NCBI GenBank assembly: GCA_965223505.1
Contig: CBDCWP010000011.1
Span: 39,077 to 103,076, forward strand
Source: Planctomycetota bacterium
Lineage (GTDB): Bacteria > Planctomycetota > PLA2 > JAEUHO01
Direction: 5' to 3'
Length of the DNA: 64,000 nt
Positions 53,977 to 62,038 of this stretch are shown here, one piece after another. Below the pieces are notes generated by a model that made no database searches, was not told where the DNA came from, and was given only the letters and a program-made list of their open reading frames with translations. How positions within the stretch are numbered: position 1 is the first letter of the stretch; each line of letters begins with the position of its first letter. Both the position numbers and the translations under genes were made by a program.

Positions 53977-54257
53977 ACGCCCTCCCGTTCAACGCCGTAC
54001 GGTAGCTTGCGCGCGCGCCCCGAGGGAAGCGCGCCGGTCGTTGTCAAGTGTGAATCACCCTCGAACGACGCACGTTGGTTCGTTCTTCGTGACGCGGCTT
54101 GCCGGCGCGTGTCGATTTGGCCGGACATGTTGCGCAATCTCGTTGCGAACACTGCGGCTCCCTCTTGATCCGCTTCGCCGGGATCGCTACGTTCGGTCCG
54201 GCGTCGCGAATTTGTGTCTGTAGCGGCGAGGACGACGCAGCCGGGAGGGGTCAACAG

Positions 54258-55640
54258 GTGGCGCGACGCATCGTGATGATCGTCGGTAGGGGCGGTGCCA
54301 CCACCAAGCGCCTCAAGGCCCACCTCACGCGCCAGGGACTACAGGTGAAAACGGTCGCGGACTGCGGCACGGCGACGGAAGCGCTGGCGGAGGCGGCCGC
54401 GCGAGCCGACGAACACGAGCCGCACCCCGTACGGGCCGTCATTCTCGACGTCGAAGGCGCCGGATTCGGCGTGCAGCACTTCCGCGAGATGCTGCAGTCG
54501 GACTACCCGGGCCTGTCGGTGCTCGAGCTGCCGCCGCAAGACGCCGGGCCCGAAGACATCGGCCTCCTCGTCGCCGCGGTCGTTCAGGGCATGCGCAATC
54601 CGGACCCCGCGCGCACCGGTCCGGACGGCGAGGACTTCGAGGGCCCGCTGCACGGGTACCACTTCGAGGATCTGAGCAGCCGCAGCGAGCGCATGCTCGC
54701 GCTCTTCAACGTCATCCCGCGCGTGGCGCAGACCGACAGCCCCGTCCTCATCGTCGGCGAGACCGGGACGGGCAAGGAGCTGGTCGCGGCGGCCATTCAC
54801 CGGCAGTCGCGCCGCCACGACGGCGAGTTCTTCACGATCAACTGCGGCGCCCTGACCGAGACCCTGCTCGAGAGCGAGCTCTTCGGGCACGAGAAGGGCT
54901 CGTTCACCGGCGCGTACCGGACGAAGAAGGGCTACTTCGAGCTGGCGAGCGGCGGCACGCTGTTCCTCGACGAGCTCGGCACCATCTCCACGGCCATGCA
55001 GGTCAAGCTGCTGCGGGTCCTGGAGCGCATGGAGGTGCGGCGCGTCGGCGGCTCGCGGCTGCAGAAGGTGGACGTGCGTATCGTCGCGGCCACGAACGCC
55101 AGCCTGGAGGACGCGGTCGCCGCCGGGACCTTCCGCGAGGACCTCTACTACCGGCTCAACGTCGTCCAGCTCAAGGTGCCCGCGCTGCGCGAGCGGCCCG
55201 AGGACGTGCCGCTGTTGGCGGAGGTGTTCCGCAAGAAGTTCACCGCCGCGCAGGGTCGGACCGACATCACCGGCCTCGACTCGGGCGCGGTGCGGCGCCT
55301 GATGGCCTACCCCTGGCCCGGCAACGTGCGCGAGCTCGAGAACGTCATCGAGCGCGCGGTGATCATGTCCCAGGGCCCGATCGTTCGGGAGACCGACCTC
55401 CCCGAGCGACTGCGCACCGTCGAGAAGCGGCGCACCACGATCCCGTCGTTCGACCTCGACGAGCCCCTGATCGAGGTCGTCCAGCGGGTGCGCGAGGCCG
55501 TCGAGAAGGAATACCTCAAGCGCGTGCTGCGCCGGTTCCGCGGCCATCTGGGCCGCGCAGCCAAACACGCCGGCGTCAACCGGCGCACGCTCTACAACAA
55601 GATGCAGGCCTTCGGGTTGAAGCGCGAGGACTTCCGCTGA
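54258..55640 (+). CDS. sigma-54 enhancer-binding protein (NtrC-like; degenerate receiver, AAA+, Fis HTH)
   Basis: GETGTGKE, ESELFGHEKGSFTGA, GTLFLDE, FREDLYYRL, WPGNVRELEN, AAKHAGVNRRTLYNKM. Confidence 0.95.
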   Translation: MARRIVMIVGRGGATTKRLKAHLTRQGLQVKTVADCGTATEALAEAAARADEHEPHPVRAVILDVEGAGFGVQHFREMLQSDYPGLSVLELPPQDAGPEDIGLLVAAVVQGMRNPDPARTGPDGEDFEGPLHGYHFEDLSSRSERMLALFNVIPRVAQTDSPVLIVGETGTGKELVAAAIHRQSRRHDGEFFTINCGALTETLLESELFGHEKGSFTGAYRTKKGYFELASGGTLFLDELGTISTAMQVKLLRVLERMEVRRVGGSRLQKVDVRIVAATNASLEDAVAAGTFREDLYYRLNVVQLKVPALRERPEDVPLLAEVFRKKFTAAQGRTDITGLDSGAVRRLMAYPWPGNVRELENVIERAVIMSQGPIVRETDLPERLRTVEKRRTTIPSFDLDEPLIEVVQRVREAVEKEYLKRVLRRFRGHLGRAAKHAGVNRRTLYNKMQAFGLKREDFR

Positions 55641-56007
55641 CCCGGAACACGGCCGCGCGACCTGTCGTCGAAACGGCGTGCCACTCGCTCGTCACGACAA
55701 GCAACGGTCTTGGACGACGTGAAGGGCGGCGGGTGTGGAAAAGCCCTTGAGAAACACGTTGCGAGCGTTGGGCAGCCCCATTCCCAAGAACTGTCCCCAG
55801 CCTTCCCAACCACTTAACCAAAAGTCCGTCAAGGGGTTGGACCGTTTCTCCACGCGCATTCCACAAATCGCATAGGGCGCATCGTTCCCAATCCAAACAA
55901 CCGCGCATTGTGCACAACGATGGCGCCTCATGGCTAGAAGGGCGTAAATCCCGCGTTAATGGCCGGGATTTCGGTCACGCACGTTTTTTTTCGAAAGTGG
56001 AACGGCT

Positions 56008-56023
56008 TGGTCCGCGCGTTGCA
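56008..56023 (+). promoter_or_regulatory. sigma-54 (-24/-12) promoter
   Basis: TGGTCCGCGCGTTGCA: GG(56009-10)-N10-GC(56021-22); T-tract upstream; adjacent bEBP gene. Confidence 0.7.
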
Positions 56024-56033
56024 TCTAGCTGCC

Positions 56034-57409
56034 TGCCCTTCGAGGGCAACGATCTTTGATAGGCAAGCGCTGACGAACGGACGAGGAAACCAGTCGCTCA
56101 CCGAGGGACTGTGGCGCCGGGCGGTAGGCCCGGGATCTGCCGCTGCGTGACGTTCAAAGCGGACCCGCCCCGCGAGGGGCGGCGCGAGACGACAGCTCGA
56201 GCGGACTGGGTGCGACAGTCGGTTGCGACTCCCGATCGTGAGGGGTAATTCCCGAGCGGGGATGTCGGCGCAGCAATGTGCCGGCGGAGGGAGACAATAT
56301 CGATCTGCTTAGCGGTGGCGGCCACTTCGGTGGACGTGTTGCATTCGAGAAGATTGGGTCGAGATGTGAAGGCAGCAATGCCGGATCGGAGGATCGCGCA
56401 GACCGCCTGTGGTCTGACCCTTTGAGTGACGCGGACGGAGCGCCGCATATTCGCAAGGTGACGAACCCCAGGAGAGTTGGTGCCCCGGAGACGGGGTGTC
56501 CCACTCGCTTGATTCCAGAGACCCTGAGACCCGGACGGACAGGGACGTCACCCCGACCAAGGGTGCGAGGGGAGGCTCTGCGATTGAAAGCATGAGCCAG
56601 ATCAAGCGGGAGCAGAACTCTGAAGGGGACAAACCTCAAGAAGGGATCGACGGCCGAGATGACCCGAGACTCGTGCTCGGTGAAACGCGGTGCTGTACGG
56701 ACTCGACGCGGGAGCAAAACCCTGAAGGCGGCCTCGGTGCCGACCTTCCTCCTTCGGGGGGAGGGTCGTGTACGCGGCAACGTCAAGAGGGTACGGCCAC
56801 CGAAAGGTGGACCGATCGCGCTCGAGGGAAACCCCTTGGAGAGTGAAGCCCATGGGCGCTCCGACACGACTTGTCGTGTCGGCAGGCGCGGTGAGTAGCC
56901 GCGAAGGGGGTAGCCAAACCCCGCACGTGGCGAGTGTCGGCGGAGGGATCCGCTGGCGTGTACGCGACTCACTGTGCTGGCATGTGCCGTAGGGTGCCCA
57001 AAGTCCACGAGAGGAAGCACCTGCCGCGGCTCGCGAAGCCGGCCCTTGTGGCCGGGGGAACGGGTGGCGGCGATGCGGGGCTTCCGCGGGGTGTCCTCTG
57101 TAGGGGGGCGTAAGCGTATGGAGGGCCTTCCACCGGCTTCGGTTGGTGGAAAGGTGACGCAGCTGTGAGCCCGAAGGGCGACGAACGTCGTACGGGCCGG
57201 ACGGAAACCAATACCCGTCCTAGGCTGCTGATCCGGTGTCCTCGAAACGCCGCGTAACTCCATGAGAGGTTGCGACCACTGCCGCAAGGCGGTGCGAACA
57301 TCTGCGGGAGTTCTCAAGACTCTGAAGGACCGGAGCGATCAGGCGCCGACTCCCTCGTCAGGCTTTCTTAGCCCGGAGCATGGGAAACCATGCTCCGGGC
57401 TTTTCTTTT
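56034..57409 (+). ncRNA. candidate giant (~1.35 kb) structured non-coding RNA
   Basis: Promoter, boxA-like leader, many tetraloop helices with G-U pairs, recurring motifs, terminator; no credible CDS. Confidence 0.7.
57370..57409 (+). terminator. intrinsic terminator
   Basis: AGCCCGGAGCATGG-GAAA-CCATGCTCCGGGCT perfect 14-bp stem running into TTTTCTTTT. Confidence 0.9.
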
Positions 57410-57643
57410 GCGCTGTGCGCGCAGCCAGGCGGAGCATGGGAAACCATGCTCCGGGCTTTTCTTTTGCGCTGTGCGCGCAGCCAGGCGGAGCATGGGAAAC
57501 CATGCTCCGGGTTGGGCAGCCACAAGGGCTGCCCCTACCAAACCAACCAGCTGTAGGGGCGACCCTCGTGGTCGCCCAATGATCCGTCTTGCCTACCGGC
57601 AGTCTGGCGGAGCACGGGAAACCACGCTCTGGGCTTTTCTTTT
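57375..57643 (+). repeat. tandem copies of the terminator hairpin (56-bp period x3 plus a diverged 4th)
   Basis: GGAGCATGGGAAACCATGCTCCGGG at 57375, 57431 and 57487; variant at 57609. Confidence 0.9.
57514..57577. repeat. inverted pair of GTAG-family REP elements (REPIN-like)
   Basis: GGGCAGCCACAAGGGCTGCCCCTAC (57514-38) and GTAGGGGCGACCCTCGTGGTCGCCC (57553-77). Confidence 0.75.
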
Positions 57644-57673
57644 CGGGAGTGTGGCTCTATTGGAACAGGGCGT

Positions 57674-57855
57674 CTAGGCTCTGTTTCGAAACTGCCGTTG
57701 CTGCGCCCGGCGATCCTCTTGCTGCGCCCCGCCCGAACTCGGAACCTCGTCCTCGACGGGCACAGAGCCCGCCTGCGGCGAGAACCGCTCGTTCAGACTC
57801 GGGCTCGCATCGGTCTCCCCGGGCTCGCGACGCGGCATTTCGAAACGGAGCCTAG
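57674..57855. mobile_element. MITE-like non-autonomous element (182 bp)
   Basis: Terminal inverted repeats CTAGGCTC(T/C)GTTTCGAAA, 17/18 identical; CTAG at both ends; no transposase. Confidence 0.7.
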
Positions 57856-58217
57856 TCGCCTCACGCGCTCCCAATGGCGGCGATCACGAAGCCGCCGACG
57901 ATGATCGGCAGCATGGCCCAGACGACACCCTCTGAGGGTATGAACGCCGCTACGACGGCCACAAGCGTCGCCAGGAGGGCCATCCGAAAGCACGCCTTCT
58001 GAGCACGGCGCGCGAAGGGCCCAGGGGTCATTTCTTGCGCTTCTTCCCGCTGCTCATGCCGTTCCCCTCATTGGCCTCGGGGTCATGCTGACCATCTCGT
58101 CGAACACCTCGATCGACACGAAGAAAAGAAGCAGATTCCAATAGAACCCTACTCCCGCTTCTCTTGCCTATCGGCAGCTTTGCGGTGTCACCCTATCTGC
58201 GTTCGAGGGCGTCCGGG

Positions 58218-59240
58218 CTAACCGTTCTGCAAATCCTCGGCTTCGTCCTTCGACTCCCGGCGCATCAGGCTCAACACCACGTCGCGCGGGGACTTGCCCT
58301 CGTGCACGACCATGTACACCTGCTCCGAGATCGGGCCCGACAAGCCATGCTGCTGCATCAGGTCGTGCACCGGCTTCGCGCTCTTCGCACCCTCGGCCAC
58401 CTGCTGCATGCTCGCCGCGATGTCCGCGACCTGCTCGCCACGGCCGATGCGCTCGCCGAACGTGCGGTTGCGGCTCGACTCCGAGTAGCACGTCGTCATC
58501 AGATCGCCCAGCCCCGCCAGACCGAAGAACGTGTTGCGCTGCCCGCCCAACGCCACACCCAGCCGCGCGATCTCGAGCACCCCGCGCGTCACGAGCGCCG
58601 CCTTCGCGTTCACGCCCAGGTTCATGCCGTCGCACATGCCCGCCGCTAACGCGATCACGTTCTTCAAAACGCCGCCGAGCTCCACGCCGACAGCGTCCGG
58701 ATTCGAGTACACGCGAAACGTGTCGCCGGACAACGTGGCCTGGATCGACTGCGAGAGCTCCTTCGAATTGCTGGAGACCACCGTCGCCGCCGGCAACGTC
58801 TGTGCGATCTCGCGCGCGATGTTGGGCCCCGAAAGCACGGCGATGCCGCGCTCCGCGCCCGTGATCTCCTCGAGGATCTGCGTGGGTCGAAGCAGCGTGT
58901 CCTTCTCCAAGCCCTTCGAAACGCTCACGATCGGCAAGTCGTCCGGCAGCTTCGGCGCGTGCGCCGACCACACCGATCGCAGGAACGACGTCGGCACCGC
59001 CGAGATCAACAGCTGCGTCCCGTCGAGCAACGTCTCGATGTCCGGCGAGACGCGAAGCGATGCCGGGAGCTCGTACCCCGGTAGGTAACGCGGGTTCGTC
59101 CGGCTGTCCTGCATGAGCGCCGCGTACTCGGCGTCGTAGGACCACATGGCCACGTCGCGGCCGGCCGCCGCGGCGACCATGGCCAGAGCGGTGCCCCAGC
59201 CTCCATCTCCGACGACGACGACGCGTTGATATTCGCTCAT
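58218..59240 (-). CDS. gpsA: NAD(P)H-dependent glycerol-3-phosphate dehydrogenase
   Basis: GDGGWGTALA, NPRYLPG, SKGLE, LSGPNIA, GGVLKNVIA, GLGDLMTTC, SRNRTFG. Confidence 0.95.
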   Translation of the reverse strand: MSEYQRVVVVGDGGWGTALAMVAAAAGRDVAMWSYDAEYAALMQDSRTNPRYLPGYELPASLRVSPDIETLLDGTQLLISAVPTSFLRSVWSAHAPKLPDDLPIVSVSKGLEKDTLLRPTQILEEITGAERGIAVLSGPNIAREIAQTLPAATVVSSNSKELSQSIQATLSGDTFRVYSNPDAVGVELGGVLKNVIALAAGMCDGMNLGVNAKAALVTRGVLEIARLGVALGGQRNTFFGLAGLGDLMTTCYSESSRNRTFGERIGRGEQVADIAASMQQVAEGAKSAKPVHDLMQQHGLSGPISEQVYMVVHEGKSPRDVVLSLMRRESKDEAEDLQNG

Positions 59241-59264
59241 GGCGCCGTCCGTTATAGCGGAACG

Positions 59265-59945
59265 TCAGAGCTGCTGGTCGATCGCGCCGACCTTGCGCTC
59301 CTTGCCCTGGAGGATGCGAACGATGTTCGACCGGTGGCTCCACACGACGAAGCCGGCCATCACGACGAAGAACGCGAACACGACCAACCGGCTGCGGAAC
59401 GTCGACTCGCCGTTGTCGATCAGGTACGAGAGCGGGATCGCCAGCATCGCGGCCATCGAGCCCATGCTCATGTAGCGCGTGATCGCCACGAACGCGCCCC
59501 ACGCACCCAGCCCATAGAGCGAGGAGAGCGGCGCGAGCGCCGTCACCACACCGAACGCCGTCGCCACGCCCTTGCCGCCCTTGAAGCGTAGGTAAGGCGT
59601 GAACACGTGCCCCAGGATCGCGCCCATGCCGCACAGCACCTGCAGCGTCCATGCGCCGCTCTGGGTGCCCAACGATAGGGCCACCACGTTCGCCGCCTCG
59701 ATCGAGAACAGCGCAACGAACAGGCCCTTGCCGAAGTCGAGCGCGAACACCACGAGGAACATCACCACGCTCGGCGCACCCTGCCAGAGCCGCGAGCAAT
59801 TCGTCGCACCGATGCCGCCGCTGCCGACCTTGCGCAGGTCGGTGCTCTTGAAGACTCGGGCGATCAGCCAGCCGAACGGAATGCCGCCCACCAGATACGC
59901 TGCGAGGAACAGCACGATCTCGGCAGTGGGACTTCCCAGTGTCAT
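59265..59945 (-). CDS. plsY: glycerol-3-phosphate acyltransferase PlsY
   Basis: YLVGGIPFG, GSGGIGATN, DFGKG, GHVF..FKGGKGVAT, HRSNI. Confidence 0.95.
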   Translation of the reverse strand: MTLGSPTAEIVLFLAAYLVGGIPFGWLIARVFKSTDLRKVGSGGIGATNCSRLWQGAPSVVMFLVVFALDFGKGLFVALFSIEAANVVALSLGTQSGAWTLQVLCGMGAILGHVFTPYLRFKGGKGVATAFGVVTALAPLSSLYGLGAWGAFVAITRYMSMGSMAAMLAIPLSYLIDNGESTFRSRLVVFAFFVVMAGFVVWSHRSNIVRILQGKERKVGAIDQQL

Positions 59946-60085
59946 TTCGGCAACCGGCTCCCGGGCCCGGGCGCCGCGACGACGCACCAGCCCGTCGAGA
60001 ATACAGAAGATCCGGGTGAGCGACAGGCGACGAACAGGCGGGGAGGTGGTTTCCGTTCGGACGCCGTTCGTAGGATGAGGGCCGC

Positions 60086-62038
60086 ATGTCCACGCCGCCC
60101 ACCACCCGGATCGGGATCGACACCGGAGGCACCTTCACGGACGTCGTGCGGGACGGCCCGCGCGGCCGCCACGTCGTGAAGGTGCCTTCCACGCCCCGTG
60201 ACCCCGCGCTGGCCTTTCTCCAGGGCTTGGAGGAGGCGGGGGGTGGGCAGAATGACGCACACGTCCATCACGGCACGACGGTCGGCACCAACACCGTCCT
60301 CACCCGCAGCGGCGCCCGGACCGTCTTTGTCACCACCGCCGGCTTCGAGGACCTGCTCGAGATCGGCCGGGGCCAGCGCGACGACCTGCACGGACTTCGG
60401 CCCTCACGCCGCGCGTCGCTCGTCGAGCGCGCGCACTGCGTCGGCGTCAAGGAGCGCATCGGCGCGAACGGTTCCGTGCTGCTGGCCCCGACCCAGCGCG
60501 AGCTCGCCCGAGTGCGCCGCGCCGTGAGCCGCGCAAAGCCCGAAGCGGTCGCCGTCTGCCTGCTGCACGCGACACGCAACGCGCAGAACGAGCAGGCGGT
60601 GCGCGACGCGCTCCTGCCGCTCGGCGTCCCGGTGCACGTCTCGTCGGAGGTCTCCGCGGACCCGCGCGAGTTCGAGCGCGCGGAGAGCGCCGTGCTCGAC
60701 GCGTACGTCGCGCCGGTGGTCGGCGACTACGTGACGCGGCTCGGCGAGCTGCTCGAAGGCGAGACGCTGACCGTAATGCGCTCGGACGGCGGGCGCATGA
60801 CGGCCGGCGAGGTCGTCCGTGCGCCCGTTCGAACGCTGCTCTCCGGGCCCGCCGCCGGCGTCGCCGCGGCGCGCGAGCTCGCTGCGTCGCTGCGCCTGCC
60901 GCGCGTGCTGTCGTTCGACGTCGGCGGAACGAGCACCGATGTCGCCTGGATCGACGCCGGCGACCTTCCCCTACGACCGCGACTCGACGTCGGCCCGTAC
61001 CGCGCGGGCGTTCCGAGCGTCGCGCTGGAGACCGTCGGCGCGGGCGGCGGCAGCGCCGTGTGGATCGACGCGGGCGGCGCGTTGCGCGTCGGTCCGCAGA
61101 GCGCGGGCGCGGATCCCGGACCGGCTTGCTACGGCAACGGAGGACCGCTGGCGTTGACGGATGCATGGTTGTTGCTGGATCGATTGCCCGATGCGCTGCT
61201 GGCGGGCGCGTTCCCGTTGGATGCGAACGCCGCGCGCGACGCCGCGCACGCGCTCGCGTCCGAAGCCCGCCTCTCGCTGCGCGCCCTTTGCGAGGGCGCG
61301 GTTCGCGTCGCCGCGGCGACGACCGCGCGTGCGCTTCGGCTCGCGTCCGTCGCGCAAGGCAACGATCCCCGCGACGCCGCGCTCGTCGCGTTCGGCGGGG
61401 CCGGACCGATGCTCGCTTGCGAGACCGCCGAGCTGCTCGGGATCGACACGATCGTCGTCCCCGCCAACCCGGGGACGTTCGCCGCACAAGGCACGCTCGT
61501 CTCACCGCTGCGCGCGGACGTCGCCCAGGTCGTGGATCGAAGCGACGACCGATCGCTCGACCGCACGCAGCTCGTGCTCGCCAAGCGCGTGCGACGCGAG
61601 CTCGAAGACGAAGGCGCCAAAGACGTGCTGCTGCGCGCCGAGGTCGATGCGCGCTACGCCGGACAGGCGTTCGAGGTCACGGTCCCGCTGAAGGGCTGGC
61701 GCAAGGGGTTCCACGACGCCTACGCCGCGCGCTACGGCTTCGCGACCCCGCAGCGCGAAATCACGGTCACCCGTGTTCGCGTGCGCGGCGAGGGTTGGGA
61801 GGACGAGCACCGCGCCGCCGTACGACGCAAGCGGACCGAGCCGCCCGCGTGGAAGCGCAAGCCGCTCTCGCGGCGCGGCCGCAAGATCCCGGCGCTACGA
61901 CGCGAGACCCTCGATGCCGGTCATCGCGTGACCGGGCCCGTGCGAATCGAGGAGCTCTCCGGCACGACGTTCGTGCCGACGGATTGGCGCTGCGAGTGCC
62001 TCACGGACGGGACACTCCGGTTGCGGAGGCTCGCATGA
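60086..62038 (+). CDS. hyuA: hydantoinase A / 5-oxoprolinase ATP-binding subunit
   Basis: IGIDTGGTFTD, HGTTVGTN, LLSGPAAG, FDVGGTSTD, GAGGGS, SAGADPGPACYG. Confidence 0.9.
   Translation: MSTPPTTRIGIDTGGTFTDVVRDGPRGRHVVKVPSTPRDPALAFLQGLEEAGGGQNDAHVHHGTTVGTNTVLTRSGARTVFVTTAGFEDLLEIGRGQRDDLHGLRPSRRASLVERAHCVGVKERIGANGSVLLAPTQRELARVRRAVSRAKPEAVAVCLLHATRNAQNEQAVRDALLPLGVPVHVSSEVSADPREFERAESAVLDAYVAPVVGDYVTRLGELLEGETLTVMRSDGGRMTAGEVVRAPVRTLLSGPAAGVAAARELAASLRLPRVLSFDVGGTSTDVAWIDAGDLPLRPRLDVGPYRAGVPSVALETVGAGGGSAVWIDAGGALRVGPQSAGADPGPACYGNGGPLALTDAWLLLDRLPDALLAGAFPLDANAARDAAHALASEARLSLRALCEGAVRVAAATTARALRLASVAQGNDPRDAALVAFGGAGPMLACETAELLGIDTIVVPANPGTFAAQGTLVSPLRADVAQVVDRSDDRSLDRTQLVLAKRVRRELEDEGAKDVLLRAEVDARYAGQAFEVTVPLKGWRKGFHDAYAARYGFATPQREITVTRVRVRGEGWEDEHRAAVRRKRTEPPAWKRKPLSRRGRKIPALRRETLDAGHRVTGPVRIEELSGTTFVPTDWRCECLTDGTLRLRRLA

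Noticed and set aside
56154..57317. 387-aa minus-strand ORF and several short ORFs over the structured region
   Set aside because: Pro/Arg/Ser-rich with no recognisable motifs; all promoter, terminator and tetraloop signals are on the + strand.
56034..57409. rRNA, RNase P RNA, tmRNA or group II intron identity
   Set aside because: No AGAGTTTGATC or other rRNA universals, no GAGGAAAGTCC P4 motif, no tRNA-like ends, no domain V or RT ORF, and no interrupted host gene. A divergent known large RNA cannot be excluded without Rfam.
57375..57643. CRISPR array
   Set aside because: Intervening sequences are identical rather than unique spacers, units are terminator hairpins with U-tracts, and no cas genes are present.
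57856..58150. Possible small membrane protein on the minus strand
   Set aside because: Hydrophobic segments are split across frames; too degraded to call.
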